DNA of 64,000 bases from Oxalobacteraceae bacterium (GCA_046090895.1 JBJTAS010000023.1:6914-70913); one strand, 5' to 3'. Shown: positions 32,378 through 42,752, numbered from the stretch's first letter. The notes: generated from the letters alone by a model not told the origin. Made by a program: numbers and translations.

Positions 32378-33127
32378 ATGCAGTTCGATGTGATAACGCT
32401 CTTTCCTGAAATGTTCACGGCGCTGACGGCATCGGGCATCACGAGGCGCGCGTTTGAGCAAAAGAGATGTGCGCTGTCGTTATGGAATCCGCGTGACTTC
32501 ACCTCGGATAACCACCGCACGGTAGACGATCGGCCTTATGGCGGTGGCCCCGGTATGGTGATGATGGCGGCCCCGCTGGAAGCAGCGATCAATGCGGGCC
32601 GTCAGAATCAGGCGCGTATGGGATTACCCCGGCCCCGGACGATTTATCTGTCGCCGCAGGGTGTGCCGCTGAACCACGCACGCGTGATGCAGCTGGCGCA
32701 GGAGCAGGGGCTGGTGCTGTTGTGCGGTCGATATGAAGCGGTCGATCAGCGTTTGCTGGATCGTTGTGTGGATGAAGAGATCAGCTTGGGCGATTTCGTT
32801 CTTTCAGGCGGCGAATTGCCGGCGATGGCGCTGATGGATGCGCTCATACGGCAGTTGCCCGGTGTGCTCAACGATGATGCGTCGGCGGTGCAGGATAGCT
32901 TCGTGAATGGCTTGCTGGATTGCCCGCATTACACGCGGCCCGAGGAATACGAAGGTGTGAATGTCCCGGCCGTGCTCATGGGCGGTCATCACGCAGAAAT
33001 AGACAAATGGCGCCGCGAACGGGCACTTGAGTCCACGCAGCGCAAACGCCCCGAATTGTTGCAGCAAGCACGGGCTGCAGGAAGCCTGAGCAAGGCAGAT
33101 GAGACCTTCCTGAACCAGTTGAAGTAA
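32378..33127 (+). CDS. trmD: tRNA (guanine-N1)-methyltransferase
   Basis: [28 protein letters not shown]. Confidence 0.97.
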   Translation: MQFDVITLFPEMFTALTASGITRRAFEQKRCALSLWNPRDFTSDNHRTVDDRPYGGGPGMVMMAAPLEAAINAGRQNQARMGLPRPRTIYLSPQGVPLNHARVMQLAQEQGLVLLCGRYEAVDQRLLDRCVDEEISLGDFVLSGGELPAMALMDALIRQLPGVLNDDASAVQDSFVNGLLDCPHYTRPEEYEGVNVPAVLMGGHHAEIDKWRRERALESTQRKRPELLQQARAAGSLSKADETFLNQLK

Positions 33128-33281
33128 GAGCAGTGATTGCAGTACCGCAGTGAAAAAAAGCGTAGCAGAAGACATCGCAGTCGAAAAGACCGCGACAAAT
33201 GAGGCCGTATGTGATTAACCCCATCCTCTGACGGGCAACACAGCAGCAATAGGCGCCGTCATGATGGTCAAGGAGCAAGCC

Positions 33282-33665
33282 ATGGATCTGATCCAGCAAC
33301 TCGAGCAAGAAGAAATCGCCCGTTTGGGCAAAAACATTCCCGATTTTGCGCCCGGCGACACCGTGGTCGTCAACGTGAACGTCGTAGAGGGAAACCGCAA
33401 GCGCGTGCAGGCCTATGAGGGCGTGGTCATCTCTCGTCGTCATCGTGGGCTGAATTCGAATTTCATCGTCCGCAAAATCTCCTCGGGCGAGGGTGTCGAG
33501 CGTACCTTTCAGTTGTACTCGCCACTGATCGCGTCGATTGATGTCAAGCGTCGCGGTGATGTTCGTCGCGCGAAGCTTTACTTTCTGCGTGAGCGTTCCG
33601 GTAAATCGGCACGTATCCGCGAGAAGTTGCCCAGCCGCCGTACGGCAGAAGCCGCAGCAGAGTAA
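33282..33665 (+). CDS. rplS: 50S ribosomal protein L19
   Basis: [29 protein letters not shown]. Confidence 0.98.
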   Translation: MDLIQQLEQEEIARLGKNIPDFAPGDTVVVNVNVVEGNRKRVQAYEGVVISRRHRGLNSNFIVRKISSGEGVERTFQLYSPLIASIDVKRRGDVRRAKLYFLRERSGKSARIREKLPSRRTAEAAAE

Positions 33666-33685
33666 AATCAAGCGGTTGTACACCG

Positions 33686-33713
33686 AAAGGGCACCTCGGG
33701 TGCTCTTTTTTTT
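33686..33713 (+). terminator. Intrinsic terminator after rplS
   Basis: AAAGGGCACC-TCG-GGTGCTC followed by a T tract. Confidence 0.8.
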
Positions 33714-33721
33714 GAATCTCC

Positions 33722-34390
33722 ATGAAAACCCCTTTCGATCCCTTGCTCGCAGACATAGAAGAACGCCGGCCGGAACCGCCAGTGGCGTCGTCGCGTTTAG
33801 ATCCGCACTGGTTGCGGCAGCACTTCAAGCAGCCGTCTGCATGGTCACCGGAGTTCTCTGATGAGCACCGCCTGAACGATACCGGCCAAGCGTTGGTGTC
33901 CGCTTCGGTGCTGGTGCCGCTAGTGGCGCGCGCCGATGAGTTGCGGCTGCTGCTGACCCAGCGTACCGCGCACCTGAACGATCATGCTGGCCAGATCAGT
34001 TTTCCGGGCGGGCGGGTCGATCCCGAGGATGAGGACGCGATCGCCACCGCCCTGCGTGAAACCGAGGAAGAAATCGGCCTGCATCGTCGGCATGTGGAAG
34101 TCATTGGCAAGCTGCCTGAGTATGTCACCGGTACCGGTTTCAGAGTGACGCCGGTGGTGGCTCTGGTGCACCCGCCGTTTGAGCTCAGCGCCGACGAATT
34201 CGAGGTGGCCGAGATCTTCGAGGTACCGATGTCCTTCCTGATGGATGGTGCCAATCATCAGCGCCGCAGCGCTGTCTTCCCAAGCCGCCCCGGGCGCCGC
34301 AGTTTTTACGCGATGCCCTACGGTGATTACTTTATCTGGGGGGCGACCGCCGCAATGCTCAGAAATCTTTATCATTTTCTCCGGGCATGA
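33722..34390 (+). CDS. CoA pyrophosphatase (NudL-type Nudix)
   Basis: LLTQRTAHLNDHAGQISFPGG...ALRETEEEIG, IWGATA. Confidence 0.9.
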   Translation: MKTPFDPLLADIEERRPEPPVASSRLDPHWLRQHFKQPSAWSPEFSDEHRLNDTGQALVSASVLVPLVARADELRLLLTQRTAHLNDHAGQISFPGGRVDPEDEDAIATALRETEEEIGLHRRHVEVIGKLPEYVTGTGFRVTPVVALVHPPFELSADEFEVAEIFEVPMSFLMDGANHQRRSAVFPSRPGRRSFYAMPYGDYFIWGATAAMLRNLYHFLRA

Positions 34391-34566
34391 GGCGTCAAGC
34401 ACCGACGCTTTCCAACAGTGACAAGAAAAACAAGGGTTTACGACATTTTCTCAGTGCGGCATGCGGGCGCTTTGCATGAAATTCCGCCCACTTTGCTCGG
34501 CCCCCCGTTTGATTCCCGTCATCTGCTGCGCTATCGTACGGGTTGCTGGATTATCCACGTGTCCCG

Positions 34567-35520
34567 ATGACTCTCTTTTCCATCTTGCTGGTGCTCCTGA
34601 TCGAGCAATTCAGGCCGCTTCGCGCCGATAACCCGGTCTATGCCTGGATCAGGATTTTTGCCGCGCGCGTAGAACACAGCTTTAATGCGGGTCAGCCCGA
34701 GCACGGCCGTATGGCCTGGCTGGTGATGCTGTCGGTGCTGGTCGTGCCGGTGCTGCTGGTGTACTGGCTACTGGCGCTCGTGGGACCGCTGGCGCAATTT
34801 GTATGGAGCGTGCTGATCGTTTACCTGACGCTGGGCTTTCGGCATTACAGCCATTACTTCACCGCGATACAAGCCGCGCTGAATGACAGTGACCTGACCG
34901 AGGCGCGTCGCCTGCTGGCGGAGTGGACGCATCAGGATGTGCGCGACCTCGACGCCCCCGAGATCGCGCGCCTGTCTGTGGAAAACGCGCTGATCACCAC
35001 CCATCGTCACGTGTTTGGCGTTTTCTTCTGGCTGCTGCTGCCGATGGGCCCGGCAGGCGCCGTCATTTATCGTGTAGCCGAGTATCTTGCACGTGTCTGG
35101 AATGCGCCCGAGATGAGCGACGAGTCCTTTGGCAGCTTTGCCCGACGAGCCTTCGATCTGATCGACTGGTTACCCGCACGATTGACTGCGATCGCCTTTG
35201 CGATTGTCGGTAATTTCGAGGATGCGGTTTATGCCTGGCGAAATTTCGCGCGGCGCTGGAGCAGCCAGAGCACTGGCATCATCCTGGCGGCCGGCGGCGG
35301 TGCGATGGGCGTGCGTCTGGGCACACCGGCCGAATATGCCTCGGATATCCCGGAGGTTGATGTCACGGCTTATGATTCTTCCACTGCCGATATCGAGATA
35401 CTTCCCGGCGAAGAGCCTTCGGTGCGCGCGCTGCAAAGCACCGTTGGCCTGATCTGGCGAGCGTTACTGCTGTGGATTTTGCTACTGTTGCTAGTATCGG
35501 TCGCCAACTGGCTGGGCTGA
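34567..35520 (+). CDS. CobD/CbiB family membrane protein
   Basis: Hydrophobic; HRHVFGVFFW, DWLPARLTA..FAIVGNFEDA. Confidence 0.82.
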   Translation: MTLFSILLVLLIEQFRPLRADNPVYAWIRIFAARVEHSFNAGQPEHGRMAWLVMLSVLVVPVLLVYWLLALVGPLAQFVWSVLIVYLTLGFRHYSHYFTAIQAALNDSDLTEARRLLAEWTHQDVRDLDAPEIARLSVENALITTHRHVFGVFFWLLLPMGPAGAVIYRVAEYLARVWNAPEMSDESFGSFARRAFDLIDWLPARLTAIAFAIVGNFEDAVYAWRNFARRWSSQSTGIILAAGGGAMGVRLGTPAEYASDIPEVDVTAYDSSTADIEILPGEEPSVRALQSTVGLIWRALLLWILLLLLVSVANWLG

Positions 35521-35571
35521 GCTCTGGCAAGCACCGATCCCTCACTTCCCCGAGAAAGCCCGGCTGCCTTG

Positions 35572-35762
35572 ATGGCCACGTCCAGTTCAGACGCTCGCAG
35601 CGAAGCGACCGATTTCATCATCCAGGGCGTGACTCGCAAAGGCAAGACTTTTCGACCCAGCGACTGGGCTGACCGCTGGTGCGGCATCATGTCGCGCTTT
35701 CATCCTGACGCGGGCAGCGGCTATGACCGGCATCTTCAATATTCACCCTATGTGCAACCCGC
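35572..35762 (+). pseudogene. DUF3579 protein, 3'-truncated
   Basis: FIIQGVTRKGKTFRPSDWADR...YSPYVQP, after which the frame reads out-of-frame fumC sequence. Confidence 0.65.
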
Positions 35763-36326
35763 GCTGAGCTGCGCACGCTCGCGTGCGCGCTCAACAAGAT
35801 TGCCAATGATATTCGCTGGTTATCCTCCGGGCCACGTTGCGGTCTGGGAGAGATCCATATTCCTGAAAATGAGCCGGGCAGCTCCATCATGCCGGGCAAA
35901 GTCAATCCCACGCAATCTGAGGCTTTGATGATGATCTGTACGCAGGTGATGGCCAATGATCTTGCCATCAGCATTGCAGACAGTTCGGGCAATTTCGAAC
36001 TCAATGTCAGAAAGCCGCTCATCGCGCACGCCTGTTTGCAAAGCCTGAGGTTACTGAGTGATGGCATGCGCTGTTTCCACCACCACTGCATCGCCGGTAT
36101 TACCGCCAACGAGGCCCGCATCGGCGAACAGCTCTCGTCATCCTTGATGCTGGTGACAGCACTGGTACCTCACCTGGGCTACGATGCGGCGGCGGCGATC
36201 GCGCAGGATGCCCACCGTCGACGCGTCAGCCTCAAGGACGCCGCACTGGCCTCAGGTCTGCTGAGCGCAGAGCAGTTCGACCGATGGGTGCAGCCCGCCG
36301 ACATGATCCACCCCCAACCGGGCTGA
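35763..36326 (+). pseudogene. fumC: Class II fumarate hydratase, C-terminal fragment only
   Basis: From 35763 reads [51 protein letters not shown]...LMLVTAL..HLGYD; the N-terminal portion is absent. Confidence 0.8.
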
Positions 36327-36606
36327 CGGCTACGCGCTTGCGCCGTGCGCCGCGCTGGTAGAGATTGACAATGGCCAACAAAATCACGGATCCCAGCAAG
36401 GACACCACCAGTGCCCCGAGGTTGAAGTCGCTCTGACTCACGGTACCGGTGCCCACCATGGGCGCAATGAGCCAGCCACTCAGTAGCGCGCCGATGATGC
36501 CGACCACAACATTGAGCAAGATACTTTGCTGCGAAGTGGTGCGCATGATCACGCTGGCAATCCAGCCCAGCATCCCGCCTATCACAATCCAGATGATGAA
36601 GTTCAT
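36232..36606 (-). CDS. GlsB/YeaQ/YmgE family stress-response membrane protein
   Basis: [18 protein letters not shown]...NVVVGIIGA; C-terminus longer than usual and overlaps the fumC end. Confidence 0.8.
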   Translation of the reverse strand: MNFIIWIVIGGMLGWIASVIMRTTSQQSILLNVVVGIIGALLSGWLIAPMVGTGTVSQSDFNLGALVVSLLGSVILLAIVNLYQRGARRKRVAVSPVGGGSCRRAAPIGRTALRSADLRPVRRP

Positions 36607-36858
36607 ATCGTCTCTCCAGTCAACTCACAAAGTAAAACCCTGTCCTTGCCTAGCGTGAGAGTTAGGCAGGCAGGCGGGCGACTGGTTCACCGCACACTGC
36701 GTTTGCCGTCGAGCCTGGGGGTTGAGGGGGGAGAGGTGGGTGCGGCGTGGCAGTAATTGCCAGGAAGATGCACAATAGATGGTGTGGGCAGCCCGTAGCG
36801 CGCGACTTCAGCGGTCAGGGCAGCCATGACGTCTACTCTTTTCACGGAAAGGAAGGCC

Positions 36859-37416
36859 ATGTCGAGCAAAACCATATCCATTGTGCTCTCCGCTGTGATC
36901 GCCTCGACCGCCACGCTGGCGCTGGCAGCTGTGCTGAAGATCGATACCGCGAAAAGTTCAGTGTCGGCCGTCTTCAAGCAGATGGGTGTGCCCGTCGAGG
37001 CGAAGTTCACCCGCTTTTCTGCCCAGATCAGTTTTGATCAAGCCAAGCCGCAAGAAGGCAAGGCCAGCGTCGAGATCGATATCCCCAGTTTCGATCTGGG
37101 TGACCCAGATTACAACCGCGAGGTACAAAAGAAGGAGTGGTTCAACGGCAGCCAGTTTCCGAAAGCGAGCTTTGTCTCCACGCGTATTCAGTCGCCGGCG
37201 CCGGGCAAGCTGGAAGTCAGTGGCAAGCTGACGATCAAGGGCAAATCGGCCGATGTCAGTTTCCCGCTGAGCGTCAAGAAAGAAGGCGACCAGCAAGTGT
37301 TCGAGAGCAGTTTGCCCATCAAGCGGCTGGCTTTCAGTATTGGCGAGGGTGAATGGAAGGACACCAGCATCGTGGCCGACGAGGTCGTGATCAAATTTCG
37401 CGTAGCCGGGCGCTAG
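36859..37416 (+). CDS. YceI family polyisoprenoid-binding protein (1)
   Basis: Signal peptide; KQMGVPV, WFNGSQFPKASF, GKLTIKG, IGEGEW. Confidence 0.88.
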   Translation: MSSKTISIVLSAVIASTATLALAAVLKIDTAKSSVSAVFKQMGVPVEAKFTRFSAQISFDQAKPQEGKASVEIDIPSFDLGDPDYNREVQKKEWFNGSQFPKASFVSTRIQSPAPGKLEVSGKLTIKGKSADVSFPLSVKKEGDQQVFESSLPIKRLAFSIGEGEWKDTSIVADEVVIKFRVAGR

Positions 37417-37488
37417 TGCTGAAAGTGCGTTGAATAGGCTGCAGATATCCTCAGTTTGAATGACAACTACCCAGTACCAGGAGTCGCA

Positions 37489-38076
37489 ATGAGATTCACC
37501 GAAAAGCAATTCACTTTCCTCATGGGCGTGCTGGCATTGTTGATGAGCGCCCCAGTGGTGCAGGCGCAAAACTACAACATAGACCCCGGTCACACCTATC
37601 CCAGCTTCGAAGCAGATCACCTGGGTCTGTCCTTCTGGCGCGGCAAGTTCACCAAAACCACTGGCAAAGTAACGCTTGATCGAGGCTCATCGACAGGCGG
37701 TAGTATCGACATCACGATCGATGCCAGTTCGATCGATTTTGGTCACGCAAAAATGAACGACAATGCGCGCGCTAAAGACATGTTTAACGTCGAGCAATTC
37801 CCTACTGTCACCTACAAAAGCCGCACGCTGACATTCGAAGCTGAGAAACTCGTGGCGGTAGAAGGTGACATGACCCTCTTGGGCGTGACCAAGTCCATGC
37901 CGCTGAAAGTAACGCATTTCAAGTGTGCGATGCATGCCATGCTCAAGCGCGAAGTCTGCGGTGTCGATGCGTCTGCGCGCTTCGATCGCAGTGACTATGG
38001 TCTGAGCTACGGCGTGCCGCGTTTCTCGCCTGAGGTCAAATTGCAGATTCAGGCAGAGGCGATACGCGCAGATTGA
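37489..38076 (+). CDS. YceI family protein (2)
   Basis: YNIDPGHTYPSFEADHLG, FPTVTY, LLGVTK, RSDYG. Confidence 0.88.
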   Translation: MRFTEKQFTFLMGVLALLMSAPVVQAQNYNIDPGHTYPSFEADHLGLSFWRGKFTKTTGKVTLDRGSSTGGSIDITIDASSIDFGHAKMNDNARAKDMFNVEQFPTVTYKSRTLTFEAEKLVAVEGDMTLLGVTKSMPLKVTHFKCAMHAMLKREVCGVDASARFDRSDYGLSYGVPRFSPEVKLQIQAEAIRAD

Positions 38077-38200
38077 ACCTGGCCAGCACGGGTCGGCCTC
38101 CTGACCCACGGCCGCCCTTGATGGCGCGCTACGCAGTGCTGAGCCTTCAGCCGCACACGTCATGGGCCTTGTTTGGTCAGCACTTCCCCAGGAGATTGAC

Positions 38201-38776
38201 ATGCACTTTCTCGGAATATCCGGCAGCTTGCGCCGGCAATCGCTTAATACGGCGGCCTTACGCGCCTGCACCGGTTTGCTGCCTGCGGGCGTCACCATGG
38301 CCTTGGCAGACATCTCGGCTATTCCACTCTATAACGAAGAGATTCGCGAACAGGGTCTGCCGGCACCGGTGCAGTCACTCCGAGAGCAAATCCTGGCAGC
38401 GGATGCGCTGGTGATCGCGACGCCGGAGTACAACTATTCCATGCCTGGTGTACTGAAGAATGCGATTGACTGGGCATCGCGGCCACCGTCACAAGTTTTC
38501 GAGGGCAAGCCCATCGCACTGATAAGTGCATCACCGGGCGGTTTTGGTGGCGCTCGCGCGCAGTACCAGTTGCGGCAGGTGTTCATTTATCTTAATGGCC
38601 TGGTGCTCAACCGGCCGGAAGCCATGATCTCTGCCGCACACACCAAATTTGATGCGCAAGGCGAACTGACGGATCCTGCTGCATCCGATCAGCTTAAAGC
38701 CTTGCTGGCAGCGCTGGTGGACTGGACCCGTTTGATCTCAGCAGGCCAGGCTGCCGTCAGCAAGGCTCAGCCATGA
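38201..38776 (+). CDS. NADPH-dependent FMN reductase (ChrR/SsuE-like)
   Basis: GSLRRQSLN, TPEYNYSMPGVLKNAIDWASR. Confidence 0.92.
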   Translation: MHFLGISGSLRRQSLNTAALRACTGLLPAGVTMALADISAIPLYNEEIREQGLPAPVQSLREQILAADALVIATPEYNYSMPGVLKNAIDWASRPPSQVFEGKPIALISASPGGFGGARAQYQLRQVFIYLNGLVLNRPEAMISAAHTKFDAQGELTDPAASDQLKALLAALVDWTRLISAGQAAVSKAQP

Positions 38777-39630
38777 TGCGCAAGGCGCCGCTGGGCCGTC
38801 TGTTGCCGTGGCTTGCAGCGCTGTTGATCACGCAGCAAGCGCTCGCGCAGATTATCGATCTCTCTTCTGGTAAAGAGTTGTCTGAGCAGGCGCTCACCGA
38901 GCGTCTTGCAGCGGCGGACATCGTGCTGCTAGGCGAGTTGCATGACAACCGCCTTCACCATGCGCTGCGCGGCCAGCTAATCGCACGCCTCGCGGGTAAA
39001 GGCCGCACCATCGTCGCCGAGCACCTGCCCCAGGGTGGCCTGGTGAATTTTGTCTCCGACACGCGTGCGGATCTGGTGGCGGCGGGCTTCGATCCGGCTG
39101 GTTGGGAATGGCCCGCGCACGAAAAACTCTACGAGCAGATACGCGCCAGTGCCACGCCGCTCATCGGTGGCAACCTGCCCCGAGAGCAGTCGCGACAAAT
39201 CTTCATGCAAGGCATCACGGCGCTGCCTGAGCGCATGGCGCAGACCTATGAAAAATCTCGGCTTGACGCTGCCCCAGAAAAAACCCTGAATCAGGATCTC
39301 ATCGATGGTCATTGCGGAAAATTACCCGACCGTTACCAGTCACGTATGCGCTTCGCACAGCGCGTAACCGATATTGCACTGGCACATACGTTGCTTGATC
39401 ACCGGCCGGCCGTACTCGTCGCCGGCAATGGACATGTCCGCAAAGACTACGGTGTGCCACAGGTGATCACCGCCACGGCGCCGCAGCTTCGTCAGGTCAG
39501 TGTCGGTTTTATCGAGCGCAGCATCGATCCACGGGAACTGATACAGTCCCTCGGAGCGCAGTATGATGTGGTCTGGCTGACCGAGCGGGCCGAGCGCAAG
39601 GATCCTTGCGAGAATTTTGATCTTAAATAG
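38773..39630 (+). CDS. ChaN family (heme/iron uptake-related) exported protein
   Basis: VLLGELHDN..HH, GHCG, VAGNGHVRKDYGVP. Confidence 0.8.
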   Translation: MMRKAPLGRLLPWLAALLITQQALAQIIDLSSGKELSEQALTERLAAADIVLLGELHDNRLHHALRGQLIARLAGKGRTIVAEHLPQGGLVNFVSDTRADLVAAGFDPAGWEWPAHEKLYEQIRASATPLIGGNLPREQSRQIFMQGITALPERMAQTYEKSRLDAAPEKTLNQDLIDGHCGKLPDRYQSRMRFAQRVTDIALAHTLLDHRPAVLVAGNGHVRKDYGVPQVITATAPQLRQVSVGFIERSIDPRELIQSLGAQYDVVWLTERAERKDPCENFDLK

Positions 39631-39701
39631 TGCCTGCTTGGTTCAAGCAAGCGAGTTCAGTTTTTTATTACCGACAAAAATAAACTCAGAAGAGATTCAG
39701 C

Positions 39702-40706
39702 ATGTTCAAATCTTTTTTCATGTCCCGGCAGTGGGCGTTATGGGCGTGGCCCGGTGCAGTGCTGATTTTCGTCGGTACCTGGTATCAGGTGCAGATCGAC
39801 GTCAAGATCAATGACTGGTTCGGTAGTTTTTATGATGTCGTACAGAAGGCGCTGAGCAAGCCAGGTGAGGTGAGCCTCTCGGAGTTCTTCGGCTTCCTGT
39901 TGAGCTTCGGCGAGCTTGCCGGCACTTATGTGCTAGTGGCGGTGCTGCTGGGTTTCTACACCAAGCACTGGGTCTTCCGGTGGCGGCATGCGATGAATGA
40001 TTTCTACGTATCGCACTGGCACACCCTCAGGCAGATCGAGGGCGCAAGTCAGCGTGTCCAGGAAGACACCAAGCGTTTCGCGACCATCATGGAAACCTTG
40101 GGCTCGAACATGATGGATTCCATCATGACCTTGTTTGCTTTTCTGCCGATACTCTGGGGCTTGTCTAAAAAAGTCAGCGAAGTCCCGGTGCTGGGTCAAG
40201 TGGACCATGCGCTGGTCTACGTGGCTATTTTGTTCGCTTTGCTGGGTACGGTCGCACTAGCGCTGATTGGCATCAAATTACCAGGACTGGAATTCAACAA
40301 CCAGCGCGTTGAGGCGGCGTATCGCAAAGAACTGGTGCACGCGGAAGATGATCCCGCTCGCGGCACTGAGCCTGTCGTGAAAGAGTTGTTCTCGCAAGTG
40401 CGTCAGAATTATTTCCGCTTGTTTTTCCACTACATGTATTTTGATGTCGCCAAATTCAGCTATCTGCAGTTCGGCGTGCTGGTGCCCTACATTGCACTAG
40501 GCCCTACCGTCGTGGCCGGCGCGATCACGCTGGGTGTGATGCAGCAGATTGTGCGTGCATTCGGGCGGGTTGAAATGTCTTTCCAGTTTCTGGTGCGAAG
40601 CTGGGGCACGATTGTCGAGCTGATCTCTGTCTACAAGCGTCTTCGTGCTTTTGAGGCCCAGATAGGCATCCTCGAAATGGACAAGCGCTCATCAACCGCA
40701 GGGTAA
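39702..40706 (+). CDS. sbmA: Peptide transporter SbmA/BacA family
   Basis: FRWRHAMN, IEGASQRVQEDT, PGLEFNNQRVEAAYRKELV. Confidence 0.88.
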   Translation: MFKSFFMSRQWALWAWPGAVLIFVGTWYQVQIDVKINDWFGSFYDVVQKALSKPGEVSLSEFFGFLLSFGELAGTYVLVAVLLGFYTKHWVFRWRHAMNDFYVSHWHTLRQIEGASQRVQEDTKRFATIMETLGSNMMDSIMTLFAFLPILWGLSKKVSEVPVLGQVDHALVYVAILFALLGTVALALIGIKLPGLEFNNQRVEAAYRKELVHAEDDPARGTEPVVKELFSQVRQNYFRLFFHYMYFDVAKFSYLQFGVLVPYIALGPTVVAGAITLGVMQQIVRAFGRVEMSFQFLVRSWGTIVELISVYKRLRAFEAQIGILEMDKRSSTAG

Positions 40707-40877
40707 AGCGGCACTTCACAGGGTGGATCCCGACGCGGCGAGACGGGCAGGCTCGTCGCATCACCCTACCTGCAAAAGCTGCCAGCACGACCATAGCGTT
40801 ACATTATCAAATCATTATTGGTGTGCGCTGCATCACGACCCTTGACCCATCATGACGCGCCGGTGTGGCAGTGAAGA

Positions 40878-40893
40878 TGTGACAGCTGTCACA
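40878..40893. promoter_or_regulatory. Perfect palindrome, putative activator site for the sigma54 promoter
   Basis: TGTGACAGCTGTCACA is its own reverse complement, about 175 bp upstream of the -24/-12 site. Confidence 0.55.
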
Positions 40894-41065
40894 CACCCGC
40901 CTGTGACGCCTGTGCGATCACCCACCTATGAAGATTGAATACTTGCCTTATTGAGTTTTTGCGACGCAGCATACGCACATTGAAAACCAAACGTATTCAG
41001 GTGCTTGTATTCTTCTATTGGTTACTTGTATTCTTTCCTTGAAGTCCGCATTAGCACAATGTTCT

Positions 41066-41082
41066 TTGGCATGAGAATTGCA
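41066..41082 (+). promoter_or_regulatory. Sigma54 (-24/-12) promoter
   Basis: TTGGCATGAGAATTGCA = GG-N10-GC, upstream of GGAGG RBS and ATG 41199. Confidence 0.75.
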
Positions 41083-41198
41083 AAAAATTAACTGGTGCAG
41101 CCTTCACGGGCGGGCTGCCTTCAGGCAGTGGCATCACCACCCCGGCAAAAAGTCATTCGGTCTGATGAGACCGGATCAACACAACGGAGGAGACAACT

Positions 41199-42752
41199 AT
41201 GACAGACAAGCAAAGGCCATTTGGTGTTTCGATGACCGAAAGGGAGTTCGCAGAGTGTTTGCATGCGGATGAGGCAGCCTTCGCGTCGCCGATCCCAACC
41301 CAGATGGTGTCAAACGGTGAATACAACCCGCTGCCGCAAACCGAGAAGCAGAGAAAGGTCGAGTTCCTGATCAAGGAAATGGCCGACAAGGAAGCCAAGC
41401 GCAACAATATGACCCGCCGCCAGTTCCTTGCGACTTCCTCAGGCATGGCGACTGCGTTCCTGGCGATGAATCAGGTGTATGGCACTGTGTTCGAGGTCGA
41501 CGAGGCTGAGGCCAAAAACCTTGACGCGGCTGGTGATCGCAAAGCCAAGTACAAGGGCCAGTTCATTTTTGATGACCAGACCCACTTCATCCGCGATGAC
41601 TTCAAAGAGGAAGGTCTGCTGGGCCTGACCAAGTGGGCCGAGGGCGCCGGGGTGAACCCGAACATCGTGCAAGAACCGACCTCACTCGCTCGCTACCAGA
41701 TGGACAACTACCTCAAGGAAATCTTCCTTGAATCCGACACGTCGGTGGCGCTGCTCTCGGGCGCTCCCTTTGATGATCCGAACTGGTGGCTGCTGTCGAA
41801 TGACGCGATCCAGAACGCTTGCCGTGCGGTGAACAAGATGGCGGGTAGCGTCCGTATGCTCGGTCATTCGATTATCACGCCAAAATATCCGAACTGGATG
41901 GATGAAGTCGATCGCGCGATCGAAGAGCTCAAGCCGGTCTCGTGGAAGTCCTACACCATCGGCGATCCGTTCGGTCCGTCGAAGTACGCATGGCGCCTCG
42001 ATGACGAGAAGCTGATGTACCCGTTCTATGAAAAAGCGCTCAAGGCGGGCATCAACACCATCTGTATCCACAAGGGCCTGATGCCGCGTGACTACGAGAA
42101 GGCCTTCGCCGGCACGTGGGAGCATGCGACCGTCAATGACCTTGGCAAGGCTGCAAAAGACTGGCCGAAGATGAACTTCGTGATTTATCACGCTGCGCTG
42201 CGTCCGTGGCTGGCCGACAAGCCCGATCAGGAAATGGCCTCTTTCGAGAAAACGGGCTACATCCAGTGGGCTACCGATCTGGCAAGGATTCCCGAGAAAT
42301 TCGGAGTGAAGAATGTATATGCAGAACTCGGTACGTCGTTTGCTTCGACCGCTGTCACGGACCCCAACTTCTGCGCAGCCTTCCTTGGCCAATTGGTCAA
42401 CCTGATGGGGCCGGACAACGTGGTGTGGGGAACCGACTCCGTCTGGTACGGCTCGCCACAGTGGCAAATCGAGGCACTTCGCCGCCTCGAAATTCCTCAG
42501 GCCATGATGAAGAAGCAGGGCTGGAAGATTGCGCTTGGTGATGGTCGCGGTACCGTGAAAAACAAGATCTTTGGTCTGAACTCAGCCAGGATCTACAAGC
42601 TCGACGCGCAGAAGATGGCGCTGGACGCGGTCAACAGCCCGTTCGACACCGACATGATCGCCAAGATGAAGCAAGAGTATCTGGCGATGGGCGGCGAGCG
42701 CAGCAACACAGCCTATGGTTACATCGCCAAGGAAGGTCGCTCATTCGGCTAA
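41199..42752 (+). CDS. Amidohydrolase-2-type metallohydrolase with internal twin-arginine motif
   Basis: FDDQTH, CIHKG, IYH, WGTDSVW metal-site motifs; MTRRQFL at about residue 71; strong RBS. Confidence 0.85.
   Translation: MTDKQRPFGVSMTEREFAECLHADEAAFASPIPTQMVSNGEYNPLPQTEKQRKVEFLIKEMADKEAKRNNMTRRQFLATSSGMATAFLAMNQVYGTVFEVDEAEAKNLDAAGDRKAKYKGQFIFDDQTHFIRDDFKEEGLLGLTKWAEGAGVNPNIVQEPTSLARYQMDNYLKEIFLESDTSVALLSGAPFDDPNWWLLSNDAIQNACRAVNKMAGSVRMLGHSIITPKYPNWMDEVDRAIEELKPVSWKSYTIGDPFGPSKYAWRLDDEKLMYPFYEKALKAGINTICIHKGLMPRDYEKAFAGTWEHATVNDLGKAAKDWPKMNFVIYHAALRPWLADKPDQEMASFEKTGYIQWATDLARIPEKFGVKNVYAELGTSFASTAVTDPNFCAAFLGQLVNLMGPDNVVWGTDSVWYGSPQWQIEALRRLEIPQAMMKKQGWKIALGDGRGTVKNKIFGLNSARIYKLDAQKMALDAVNSPFDTDMIAKMKQEYLAMGGERSNTAYGYIAKEGRSFG

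Noticed and set aside
41156-41176. CTGATGAG hammerhead-ribozyme-like core in the hydrolase leader
   Set aside because: It is the loop region of a simple hairpin (CGGTCT-GATG-AGACCG); I could not find a correctly placed GAAA or a three-stem junction
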